Below, in pieces: positions 1 through 12,229 of a stretch of DNA of 64,000 bases; the stretch's first letter is position 1; every line of letters begins with the position of its first letter. The position numbers were made by a program, and so were the translations under genes. The DNA is taken from positions 140,244,001-140,308,000 of the forward strand of contig OX597817.1 of the NCBI GenBank assembly GCA_951406725.2, given 5' to 3'. The notes beneath the pieces were generated by a model that was given only the letters and a program-made list of their open reading frames with translations, did no database searches and was not told the DNA's origin. The stretch is from Octopus vulgaris (Eukaryota).

Positions 1-28
1 CTTGGATATCCTTGTTGCATATTTTAAT

Positions 29-80
<52 letters not shown>

Positions 81-125
81 CATACATACATATATACACA
101 CACACACACACACATATATATATAC

Positions 126-193
<68 letters not shown>
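29..193. repeat. (TA)n/(CA)n compound microsatellite
   Basis: Directly visible dinucleotide runs; source of the IY/TH 'ORFs' in the track. Confidence 0.95.
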
Positions 194-195
<2 letters not shown>

Positions 196-199
196 ATGG

Positions 200-546
200 A
201 TGTGCGTATTTTCCCTTGTTAACAATTAACACGGAAAAATAGATAAATAGTTACCAGGGTAGCAAAAAGTCACTCGAGTAAAATGGGTGAATCTCCTTGT
301 TTTTAAAGGTAGAAACTCCGAGTATACGTGAATTATTTTGTATAATATATATATATATATATATAAATGGAGTTAAACGCAGGTGTTATTCAAATTCTTC
401 TACTTCCGACACGTTTCGAAGATATCGCTGGTATTATTCCAAAGGAATTCAAGGCGCGTGACCAAGTTCGGAGTTTCGATTCTCAGATCGGACGGTGACT
501 GGTGTTCTTCAGCAAACCCTTCATCTCATATTACTCCTCTCAGGAA
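200..546 (-). mobile_element. possible Penelope-like pseudo-LTR remnant with degenerate long-stem-II hammerhead
   Basis: Minus strand reads TTC-CTGAGAGGAG...(~110 nt)...CTTC-GAAAC-GT-GTC-GGAA (404-546), next to (TA)n; the core lacks one nt of CUGANGA. Confidence 0.3.
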
Positions 547-666
547 TCTCGCAATAGATTTATGTCCTGTTCAGGGGGTGAGGGTGGGGGAATGGTGCGA
601 CCTTGGTAACATTAAATGCTATGGAAACTGGACAACCGGTCTTAAGAGTCCCAGGACAGTAACACG

Positions 667-726
667 ATGATGATGATTACAACGACGATGATGATGATGA
701 CGATGATGATGATGATGACGATGATA

Positions 727-781
<55 letters not shown>

Positions 782-834
782 CGACGACGACGACGACGAT
801 GACGACGATGACGATGATGATGATGAGGAGGAGG
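667..834. repeat. (GAT)n/(GAC)n trinucleotide microsatellite
   Basis: Directly visible. Confidence 0.9.
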
Positions 835-974
835 ATTTTCTGCATAATATAGAACTTTTGCAACTCAGGCGTTCTTGACAATTTAATACACATGCTCATA
901 TGTGCGTAAAAGCGGGTATGGTTGACTGGAATCAGAAATTAGCACCGAATTATGAGTGTAATTAAGTTGATATT

Positions 975-1678
975 GGTTTCAAATTTTGGCACATGAACAG
1001 CGAGTTTGGGTGGGGTGAGGTTAAGTCGATTATATGAAACCTAGTGTTCAGCTGGTACTTATTTTATTGACCACGAAAGGATGAAAGACAAAGTCGATCT
1101 CTGCAGAATTTGAACTCAGAATGTAAAGGTGACGAAATATCTATTTCTTTACTACCCACAAGGGGCTAAACATAGAGAGGACAAACAAGGACAGACACAT
1201 GGATTAAGTCGATTATATCGAACCCAGTGCGTAACTGGTACTTATTTAATCGACCCCTAAAAGATGAAAGGCAAAGTCGACCTCGGCGGAATTTGAACTC
1301 AGAACGTAACGGCAGATGAAATACCGCTAAGCATTTCGCCCGGTGTGCTAACGTTTCTGCCAGCTCGCCGCCTTCTTTAAAGGAAGGAAGGCAAAGTCGA
1401 CCTCGGCGGAATTTGAACTCAGAACGTAACGGCAGACGAAATGCCTATTTCTTTACTACCCATAAGGGGCTAAACACAGAGAGGACAAACAAGGACAGAC
1501 AAACGGATTAAGTTGATTATATCGACCCCAGTGCGTAACTGCTATTTAATTTATCGACCCCGAAAGGATGAAAGGCAAAGTCGACCTCGGCGGAATTTGA
1601 ACTCAGAACATAACGGCAGACGAAATACGGCTACGCATTTCGCCCAGCGTGCTAACATTTCAGCCAGCTCACCACCTT
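975..1678 (-). mobile_element. tRNA-derived SINE family A (octopus OK-like), head-to-tail multimer of 4 full/partial units
   Basis: Minus strand: AAGGYGGYGAGCTGGCWGAAAYGTTAGCAC head, B-box-like GAGTTCAAATTCC, tail ...GCCCCTTRTGGGTAGTAAAGAAATAG. Same sequence recurs at 14964, 27740, 29065 and elsewhere. Confidence 0.9.
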
Positions 1679-2004
1679 TAATTAAGTTAATATTGATAAG
1701 AAGGCCGTACGGTAGCAGCGCTTTTCAGTAGAATCTTTATATAGTATTCACTTCCGATAAATCTTGTAAATTATTGATCAAAATGATCATTCAGTCACTA
1801 ATATTTATTAGTGTTAGTGTTATTGATCCATTCCAATGGTTCCATTCAGTCGATGAATTTCAGAAAAAATTCGGACATTAGTCGTTGTTTCAAGTGGGTA
1901 ATTTTGCCCCAAGAACAGTGTTGGCATCCCTCATACACACACTCACGCATTTACATCTATATGTATATTTGCATGTGTGTATGCCAGTATATAAATGTAT
2001 ATAT

Positions 2005-2043
<39 letters not shown>

Positions 2044-2101
2044 CATATAAATATATATATACATACATAAATATATATATATATATATAATGTATATATA
2101 C

Positions 2102-2202
<101 letters not shown>

Positions 2203-2290
2203 TTATTAGAGACAAAACCACTATTTTGCAAAACAAACAAGGAAAGACTTAATCAATACATAAAATTTTAATAAATAATCAAAAAAACCG

Positions 2291-2333
2291 CCACTACAAT
2301 TGTTTCTTGTCTTGATCGACAATCTTCAGGTGG
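2291..2333 (-). ncRNA. minimal type I hammerhead ribozyme (left pLTR copy)
   Basis: Reverse complement is CCAC-CUGAAGA-UUGUC[GAUCAA]GACAA-GAAA-C[AAUU]G-UA-GUGG. Confidence 0.8.
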
Positions 2334-4509
2334 ACTTCCAATCTAAAATATCAATATTTTAAAATATAAAAATAATAATTTTAAAATAATTAAAGTATGA
2401 ATGAAAAAATATAAATATATAATCCATATATAACCCATATATAATCCATATATAATCAATATATAAACAATATATAAACTAATATAAACTAAAATAAACC
2501 TATCAACAATTAAATATAAAATATAAAATATAAAATATAAAATATAAAACAAAACAAAAAAATAATAATAATATAATAATAAACTATATATACACCCATA
2601 CACATATAACTAATTATATATAACCATATCTAACTACATACACTAAATCACACACCTATATATATATCCCTATACATACACATAAAAACGTCTAGGCAAC
2701 TATAAATAAATAAAATAGCTAAAAACTTCAACACAATACTTATTCATACTCCCACACACACACACATACAACCCACATTCACGCTCTAGAAAACGGACAT
2801 CACTTAAAATTATGAACGGAGAAATGGAATAAATGGAATTAAAAATTATATTCACTTGGTAAAACGAACACTACTTAAAAATTATGAATGAAACAATGCA
2901 ATAAAACAACAGACATCGCAAATAGACACAAATTACTACGAATTCCTTAACAAACCTACCATGATAAACCAAAACTCATAAAAACATATATTGATAAAAT
3001 CTCCCTTTACTAAACTCTATAACATACCTATATAGCAATCCCCCTAACCTAAACATTCACACACAAATACACACACGTAAACCACACACCCACGACATAT
3101 ACAAATACCCACACCACTTACACATACCTATACATACATATAAACCTCAACATATACTCCAAAAACCCACTCAACCCCACACAGACAAATAAACACAAAA
3201 ATTATGAATGGATTCTTTTATAAAACTACCATGATAAGCTAAAACTCACAAAAACATAAATGATAAAACCTCCCTTTACTAAACACTATAACATACTTAT
3301 ATAGCAATCCCTTTAACCTATACATTCACACACAAATACACACACGTAAACCACACACCCATAACAAATACAAACACCCACACCACCCACACACACCCAC
3401 AAGTACATATAAGCCTCAACATATACACCAAACAAAATTACTTTACCAAGGAACTTAACATATGTATAAAAAGTATAACCGCTCTGGAAACGAACATCTT
3501 TTAAAATAATGAATGGAGAAATGGAATAAATGGAATTAAAAATAATATTCACGTGGCAAAACGAACACCACTCAAAAATTATGAATGAAACAATGTAATA
3601 AAACAACCAACATCGAAAATAGACAAATTACCACGAATTCCCTAAAAAAAACCCATGATAAACCAATACTCTTAAAAACATATAACGATAAAATCTCCCT
3701 TTGCTAAACTCTATAACAAACCTATATAGCAATCCCCCTAACCTAAACATTCACACACAAATACACACACGTAAACCACAGACCCACGACTTATACACAT
3801 ACCTATACTAACTTATAAACCTCAATATACACCAAAAACCCACTCCCTCCCCACACAGACAAATTAACACATACATCCCAAAACCTAAATAACAAACCCA
3901 TATACACATTCACACACAAACACACACACACACAAAACACACACACACAACAGATACATATACTCCCTCACATATACGCATATACATACTCACTAAACTC
4001 GATATATACAACAATATTTACACACCCATACTCATACAGATAAATAAATTATACAACTAAAAACTCACACACAATCTCATATACATAAACACTCCAATGA
4101 AAAACAACATTAAATACATCGTAATTAACCAGAATATCAAAAATAACAATATGACATAAGGAGAAATAAAATACATACTTACAAGTCAGTTTCAAATTAT
4201 GAAGTGAAATTAAATTCTTAGCCGTTAAAAAAAAAATCAAACCAAAATTACGTTACCATAGAAATATAACTTATGTATAAATAGAATACGCGCCATGGAA
4301 AGTAAACGTCATTTAAAATTATGAATGGAGAAATAGAATAAATGGAACTAAAAACTATATCCACGTGGCAAACCAACACTACTTAAAAAAAAAAAAAAAA
4401 AAAAAAGGGTTATATATGGATTATATATTTATATTTTTTCATTCATACTTTAATTATTTTAAAATTATTATTTTTATATTTTAAAATATTGATATTTTAG
4501 ATTGGAAGT

Positions 4510-4552
4510 CCACCTGAAGATTGTCGATCAAGACAAGAAACAATTGTAGTGG
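4510..4552 (+). ncRNA. minimal type I hammerhead ribozyme (right pLTR copy)
   Basis: Stem I CCAC/GTGG; core CTGAAGA (4514-4520); stem II TTGTC/GACAA; GAAA (4537-4540); palindromic stem III ACAATTGT; predicted cleavage after GUA at 4548. Confidence 0.8.
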
Positions 4553-4726
4553 CGGTTTTTTTGATTATTTATTAAAATTTTATGTATTGATTAAGTCTTT
4601 CCTTGTTTGTTTTGCAAAATAGTGGTTTTGTCTCTAATAATATTTTATAATATTTTACTATAAAATTGGATTTAATCCTAAATCTGATTTTTTCCCTGTA
4701 AATTTGGATCTATTCCCTAATATTTA

Positions 4727-4808
<82 letters not shown>

Positions 4809-4866
4809 ATATATATATACTTACACATATATGCAGATATATTTGTGTGTATACATATACATACAG

Positions 4867-4916
<50 letters not shown>

Positions 4917-5329
4917 GTATGTATATGTATACACGCTATTCTGTTTCTCTTTTTACTTTAGAATAAATTTTGACTGACTGCTTACTTGGTTGCAGGCTTG
5001 TGAAGAAAAGCATATTTTGCCCATTGTGTGTGTGTGTGTTTGTGTGAGTGTGCATGTGTATGTGTATATGTGTGTTTAAAATTTAACATTACAACAGTTT
5101 CAACCTAAATGGTCATCGTTAAGTGCAAAGTAATCACGCTTCTATTCTTGTGTATCTCTATAAAAAGTCACTTTTAACTACTTTGCTGTCATAGGGAAAT
5201 AAGTAACATTATAATGATGGCCATCACTATTAGGCTTCCTATATTTGTGTTATAGGATTTATTATTCCATTTCAATTCTCAGAATTCTCTCCGTTTCACT
5301 TGCTCCAGCTTATTCTGTAAGGGTGGTCA

Positions 5330-5920
5330 ATAACCTTTTGTCAAAGATCTCACAGGGTCTCTTCCCACGGTACTTAACACCCAAGTAGCAATCTCAAAAT
5401 CCTTTCTGAACCCATTTAAGCAGTTTTGCTTAATCCCAATTGTCACCCAGAATTTTCTCGAACCTGGTTGTTAATGTTCCCAGTGTTCCTACAACGACTG
5501 GCATTCACAGTTACTCTCTTCATTGCTCACATTCGTGTAAATTCATCTTTTAATAGATCCTATTTTTTAATTTACGATTGCTACGTAATCATGCTTCCTT
5601 TTGTATTCCTTTTGGACCAGTTTGCTAGACTCCCTCACAATTTGTGAAACTGTTTCATTTTTGCTGCCACACATCCTACCAAGGAGCGAATTACTAGTCT
5701 TATCTATTTGGAACTTGGTGTACTTGTTTCTCAGAGCTTTTCCTGGGCACTGCATATCAATGTCTCAATGCATCCTTTCTGTTCATTTTTCTTAAGCCAC
5801 CTCCAATTGTTGGTCTTGTCTTTCCCTAAGATCTCTCTGAGGTATTAACCATGCATAGTTTCCATTTTCCAGTTGTTTATCCTTTGTTCTCTATCTTGTT
5901 TCTTAAATGTTGTTATTTTT
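5330..5920 (-). mobile_element. older, decayed R4/Dong-clade LINE 3' fragment (zinc knuckle region + RLE C-terminus, internally deleted)
   Basis: Minus-strand translation NWKMETMHG*YLRE..WRWLKK..ETLICSAQEKAL..GRMCGSKNETVSQIV..KLVQKEYKRKHDYVA, then PVVVGTLG..MGSERILR; homologous to the copies at 6108 and 48332. Confidence 0.7.
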
Positions 5921-5925
5921 ATATA

Positions 5926-5927
<2 letters not shown>

Positions 5928-6020
<93 letters not shown>

Positions 6021-6048
6021 GTTGTTTTTGTTGATGTTGTTGTTGTTG

Positions 6049-6107
<59 letters not shown>
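5928..6107. repeat. (TAA)n/(CAA)n microsatellite between two Dong-like LINE copies
   Basis: Directly visible. Confidence 0.95.
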
Positions 6108-6110
<3 letters not shown>

Positions 6111-7412
6111 TAGTTTTATTTTTATAGCGTGCTTTCACTTTACTACCGAGCGCAGCTCTGTGTGCCATAGGTATGTGATGTGGTTTGTTGTAATACTGTT
6201 ATGGTTACTGTATCGAAAGTGTTTTGCATAGGATGTATGCAGTGCCCAGTAGTGTAATTTTCTGTATGTTATATATATTTGTAAGTCCTGGTGTTTTTGT
6301 TATGTATTTGTCTGAATATTTTTTATCATACCTAGTGCACCTACTATGATAGGAATTGTTTCTCTTTTTAGATTCCACATTCGAGTTACTTCTATTTCCA
6401 GGTCTTTGTATTTTGAAAGTTTCTCCATTTCTTTTAGAGAAACGTTGTCATCTGCTGGTATTGATACATCAATTAAAAAGCAATTTTTTCTTCATGATCT
6501 CTGACAATTATATCTGGCCTGTTGGCCTTAATTTCTCTATCTGTGTGTATCGGCATATCCCAAAGTATGGTTGCTTTCTCGTTTTCTGTGACCTTTTCTG
6601 GTGTGTGCCTATACCATCTTTTTTCTGTTGTCATTCCATAATGTTGGCATAGCTTCCAGTATATGTAGGTCCCAACTCTGTCGTGTCTGTGAGTATATTC
6701 CTTCTTAGCCAGGACTGGGCAGCCAGAGATATGATTTATTGTTTCTTGTCCATCTCCACATATTCTGCAGTTACTTGTTATGTTTCTTTTCATTATATGT
6801 TTTTGGTAATTTCCGGTGGGGAGGCTTTGGTCTTGAGCTGCAATTAAAAATCCCTCCGTCTCTGCTTTGAGTCCTGAGCTTCTCAACCATTGCTGGGATT
6901 TTTCTTTGTCTATTTCTTTTGCATTTAGCTTAGTCCAGTATTTGCCACGAAGAGGGTTTTCTTGCCATCGTTTTATCATGGTCTGTTGCTGTTCTAGTTT
7001 TAGTTCGGATTTCCTTTGTTTTATAGCTTTTGTTGTTGTTTCTTCTTCTTCTTCTTCTTCTTCTTCTTCTTCTTTTTCTTCTTCTTCTTCTTCTTCTTCT
7101 TCTTCTTCTTCTTCTTCTTCTTCTTCTTCTTCTTCTTCTTCTTCTTCTTCATATTTGTTAGGTGGTATGATTTCTTGTTTGTATTTGTCAGCTTCCTTAA
7201 ATACAGAGAACAGTTTTTTTTGTTTTGCTCGTGTTTTGTGGCAATTTGTATTAGTTTTCGTTGCTTCTGAAGGAAGTCCTATGGTGGTTATTTTATAATA
7301 GTTTTCCAGCTGTATAAGGCCTTACCACCTTCTATAGGTTGTATATATAGCCTTTCTATGTCAGATTTTGGGTGATGCATCCTAGATCCCGTCATTATTT
7401 TTCTTGTTGTTC
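6108..7412 (-). mobile_element. 5'-truncated R4/Dong-clade non-LTR retrotransposon (RT C-terminus, CCHC knuckle, restriction-like endonuclease, 3' UTR)
   Basis: ORF 6473-6979: CRICGDGQETINHISGCPVLAKKEYTHRHD..ILWDMPIHTDREIKANRPDII (CCHC + PD-(D/E)xK); upstream RKIMT..MHHPKSDIERLY; frameshifted; 3' end CTACTG followed by (AAT)n. Confidence 0.9.
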
Positions 7413-8032
7413 TTATTATTTTTGTTGTTGTTGTTGTTGACGTCGTTGCGTTGTTATCGCTTTGTTGTTGTTGTTGTTATTTCTTAGTTTCTTGCGAGTT
7501 TCTTCTGCATCCCGCAGTACTCTTCTGTGTCCTTGATGTGTGTGGTCTTGTGAGTTCATATTTTTGCGGAGGTTGGAGTATAGCGTGTATTTCGCTGTTT
7601 CTAGTTATCTGCAGAACGTTCTCGTTTTCTAGATGCGGATATCATTGATGAAATGTTGATCAAAATACTCCAGCCGATACTTGTACAACACAGGAAAGAT
7701 AACGTCCAACTGCAACAGGGTAAATAATTAATGCCCCTATATTCTATTCGTGAATCGATACCTATACATAAGGGTTACTTGCCGAGCCATCATCATCCAC
7801 ACCGCCGAGTACTATTTGAATGCTGGTCAACACCATACTCGAATAAAACTTACCGCATTATAAATATGTGTGTGCGTTTAAAAAGGTTAAATGAAAGCGC
7901 TCACATACTAGAAAAAAAAATTTCCCTCCCAAAAGGTTAGTAACATCTGCGTACATCACATTTAAAAAAATATATTTAAATAAAATGACAAATGACCTGT
8001 ACACTTCAAAAACTGTAATTCTCATAGACTTT

Positions 8033-8129
<97 letters not shown>

Positions 8130-8212
8130 ATACAAATTCAAAATGGCAGAATATTAGCATCACACTTGAAACTCGAAATACCAACGGATTTGAATCAAAC
8201 TGTTTTCATCCT

Positions 8213-8307
<95 letters not shown>

Positions 8308-8344
8308 ATATGTATATACATATATGTATATATAGATATGTGAA

Positions 8345-8675
8345 GGCGCATGGCTCAGTGGTTAGAGCGTCGAGCTTACGATCGTGAGGTTGTGAGCTCG
8401 AATCCCGGACCGGGCTGCGTGTTGTGTTCTTGAGCAAGGCACTTTATTTCACGTTGCTCCAGTTCACTCAGCTGTAGAAATGAGTTGCGACGTCACTGGT
8501 GCCAAGCTGTATCGACCTTTGTCTTTCCCTTGGATAACACTGGTGGGGTGGAGAGGGGAGGCTGGTATGCATGGGCGACTGCTGGTCTTCCATAAACAAC
8601 CTTGCCCGGACTTGTGTCTAGGAGGGTAACTTTCTAGGTGCAATCCCATGGTCATTCATGACCGAAGGGGGTTTT
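8345..8675 (+). mobile_element. tRNA-derived SINE family C
   Basis: A box TGGCTCAGTGG, B-box-like GCTCGAATCC, then TTGAGCAAGGCACTT..CTCCAGTTCACTCAGCTG central domain shared with 35370 and 61012; inserted in (TA)n. Confidence 0.85.
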
Positions 8676-8985
8676 TATACTTTATATATATAGATATGTA
8701 TGTATATATATATATAAATTAAAAGTATACATATATATATACATATAAGAATATATAAAACGATTTATACTTATTTACACATATTTTCACATATTAGTTG
8801 GATGACCGTTGACTACACAGTATTTCTTCCGCCCTTTGACGGGTGTTATTTTTCGTCCCGCAAGGTGTCAAACAATCACCCTCTTCACCAAGCAAACCGG
8901 GTGAGGTTGCCAGTTTAGTCGCCGATGACCCGACCATGCAACAGGTTGTGCTAGATTACATGTTACCAATAGCACTTAAGGCTGG

Positions 8986-10291
8986 ATTGATGCCATTTTA
9001 GTCTCCGTATATAAATCGGAGTCAAAGGGTCTGTGTGGTAATTTTCATGGGATTTCGCTTTTGTGTGTAGTTGGAAAGGTACTTGCCCGCATTTTGTTAG
9101 AACGTTTAAATACCTTCATTGATCCAAATATGGTATCTGAGTCTCAATGTGGTTTTCTCTCCTCCGGGGCCACAGTTGATTGTACCGTTACTAAAAGGCA
9201 ATGGCAGGAAGAGTGCACTGAACAGATTCTTGCTCTATACCAATGCTTCGTTGATTTAAGTAATGCTTCGATTCTGTTATCGAAATGCTCTGTGGCTAAT
9301 TCTAAGGAAAATAGGTTTCTCACAAAAATTTGTAAACATTACTAGGGCTTTGCATCAGTATATGAAGGCTAGAGTTAATTTTGGCGGTAGGCTTTCTGAA
9401 TCTTTTGCCGTGAAAAATGGAGTCAAACAAGGAGGCCTTGATGCACCTACACTCTTTGCACTATACTTTGCAGTTGCGTTGTCACACGTTTTTTAAAACT
9501 CCAAGAAGGATATTTACATAGAATATCGAATAATAGGGAAGGTTTTTCATCTGACCAGATTGAAATTCAAAACAAAGGTCTCTACTTCACTCTTATACGC
9601 TGACTTTTTACAGATGTCTTTGCGTCTGCAGGCATCACTTCAATTAAATAAATTATTCTGAAGAATCAAATGAGATTGTATGACCACACCCAACCAGCTG
9701 TTTTATGGCGAGCTTGTAGAGGGGAAACGCTATCGGTGTAAACCTAAAAAGACGTTTAAGGACGGTATAAGAACTACCATGAAGTCACTTCGAATGGAGC
9801 CAAAGACCATGGAAACCCTTGCTTCAGATCGAGCTGGATGGCGAACAAAAGTGTGGATTGGAGCGAAAGCTTTTTAGGAGGCCAGGATGACACATGGAAG
9901 ACTCAAGAGAGGTTTAAAGAAAAATGTTGCAGTCGAGGTGAATCTCAATGACCATTTCGTGTGCACGGTTTGTGACAGACCATACCTTTCTTTTACTGGG
10001 CTCAAATCTCATTTGAGGACCCATAAAATACGAACCTCCACCAACTATTCTGCCTATATATCTATGTGCACACATTTCAATGCCGTGTATGCCATAAGAT
10101 CTGCAAATCTAACGGAGGCTTCAAAGATCAGAACTTAACTGCAGCTCTTGATGGTCCAAATCAGATATGTAATCTATGTGGGTGTCCTTTCAAAAGAATG
10201 TCTGGTTTAAAATGCCACATCAGTCGCCATGATAGATCTAAGGTGTAAGAACAAGATGTGGTCAGACTCTGCATCAGGAGTAGCCAACCAC
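8986..10291 (+). mobile_element. decayed RTE-clade LINE (RT domain + C-terminal C2H2 zinc fingers)
   Basis: GISLLCVVGKVLARILLERL..SESQCGF..FVDLSNA..GVKQGGLDAPTLFALYF; QLFYGELVEGKR..PKKTFKD; several stops and frameshifts. Confidence 0.85.
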
Positions 10292-10317
10292 CATATATAT
10301 ATATATATATATATATA

Positions 10318-10480
10318 GGGAGAATTCACGAAAAGAACAAAAGACGAAGACAGGCGGTGTACAAAACAAACAGATTTATTAGTATAACGCTCAGGAATAG
10401 AAAAAGTCTTTTACGTTTCGAGCCTACGCTCTTCTACAGAAAGGGACACAGAAAAAACAAGGAGAGAAAAAATGTGTGTA

Positions 10481-10483
<3 letters not shown>
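10318..10483 (-). mobile_element. Penelope-like pLTR fragment with variant hammerhead (10408-10443)
   Basis: Minus strand CUUU-CUGUAGA-A-GAGC[GUAG]GCUC-GAAAC-GUA-AAAG; embedded in (TA)n; related to 40625-40818. Confidence 0.65.
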
Positions 10484-10574
<91 letters not shown>

Positions 10575-11274
10575 CTTTAAGCGTAGCAAAGTTTTATAAT
10601 AATAATAATTAATTACAATTATACTTTCATTGTTCTTATTTATGAATTTATTGTTTTTACTAGTTACTGGCAAGTTTACATTATAGCTTGTAAGGGTAAT
10701 ATATATTAAGAGTATGTAGTGTTTTTATTATTAACTTTTGAATTATGAAATAATGAGTTTCACCCATAATTATTATATTATTAATTAAATTCAATCGTGT
10801 TTTTGTTTAGGAGAGAATTGAAATAAAGCTCTCACTGTTAATAAAGTAGAAACTATGGAAGACTGGTGGAATTATAATTTGCGTGGAGTTAAAGATTGGT
10901 CGCTATTTAGTATATAATTTAGTTATTGTAGGTTTACTATTAATACCGATACAGATGTACATAGATTTATGTGTTTCTTGTTGTAGTTTAATTTTAAAGT
11001 TGGTGTTTAATCCCGTCTATATTTGATTGAATATTGTTGTACATACGGGTAAATGTGTTTGAGAGTTGTGTATTTTGTTTGCTGGTATGTTTGTTCCCAA
11101 ACAGCACTTCTTTTAGTGCTGTTGACACCACTGGATTGAATGGTACTGCCCAGGTGTTGAAACCATAATGATACCCGTGGGGCACCTGATGATGGAAATA
11201 GGTTGGATTATTGGTGTGCCTGTTTTTGTATATGTGGAATAGTGTTGTAACACATCCTTTTGATATATATATAT

Positions 11275-12100
11275 AAGAAATTAAAGAAGGAAAATACACA
11301 CACTTTACATAGTTTGAATATATTTTTAATATATTTTATATTGTTTGTCGATCGGTTTCACTTTCGCTAATCATGATATTAAAATTATTTTAATTGCGTA
11401 TTTTCTTAAGAAAACATGTTTTTGTCCATGTTATGCGGGAGTTTATGAATGAATGATTCAACAAGTAGAAAAATCTAAGGGGAGGTAATTGGTGATCGTT
11501 ATTATTGTGGACAGGGGAGATAATAGTTCATCCTTCGGTGGGGGGAAGGAATATACACAAAAATTCGCAAGCTAGAGTAGTGGGGAGAAATATGTACAGT
11601 GATAGGTATGTAATCGTGATTTAAAATATGTAAAGAGATCAAAGTTGGTTATGTGTGCATATTTAGACGTGTTCTGTATTTTTCGATGAATAATTTTTCT
11701 TTATTAAAACGTTCTTTTATAGAAATTGTATCTTTAGACTGGTAGAAGAGGAAAACGGTGAAATTTGGTCGGATGTTACCTGCACATCTCTCTATGTGTT
11801 TACTTAAAGGAATCTGTTTGTATTGTGCGAACCGGATTCACTGTTTATGTAGAGTGGTTCTCCGTCTCAAAGTCACACTCGTCTGTCCTATAAAGCAATG
11901 GCCACAACACAAAGCAGGATATTACATAAATTAGATTCCCAAAGGCACAAGTGAAGTTGGTTTTAATTGTGAATCTCTCTTAATTGCATTTGATGAATTT
12001 ACGTGTTTTCAGGATGTTATTCATTTTTGGGTCTCTGGTTAGTAAAGAAAGATTGTGCACAATAGTGTTGTATGCCTCATTGTTTCTAGGGTTACAAATT
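11275..12100 (-). mobile_element. Penelope-like element 3' end: GIY-YIG endonuclease pseudogene + pLTR with degenerate hammerhead (11347-11377)
   Basis: Minus translation ERFTIKTNFTCAFGNLIYVISC/CGHCFIGQTSVTLRRRTTLHKQ*IRF..LSKHIERC..ERFNKEKLFIEKYRTRLN; downstream ATC-ATGATTA-GC[GAAA]GT-GAAAC-CG-ATC-GAC. Confidence 0.85.
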
Positions 12101-12229
12101 ATATATATACACGCTATACGTATATATATATATATATATATATACGTATAGCGTGTGTATGCGTGTGTGTGCGTGTTTACATGTATGGAAAGGTTACTTG
12201 TGACTTCAAGACTCACTCGCATCGAAGCT

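Noticed and set aside
8345-8415. tRNA gene (also 19000-19067 and 61012-61070)
   Set aside because: A/B boxes continue into SINE bodies and no proper acceptor stem is visible; these are SINE heads.
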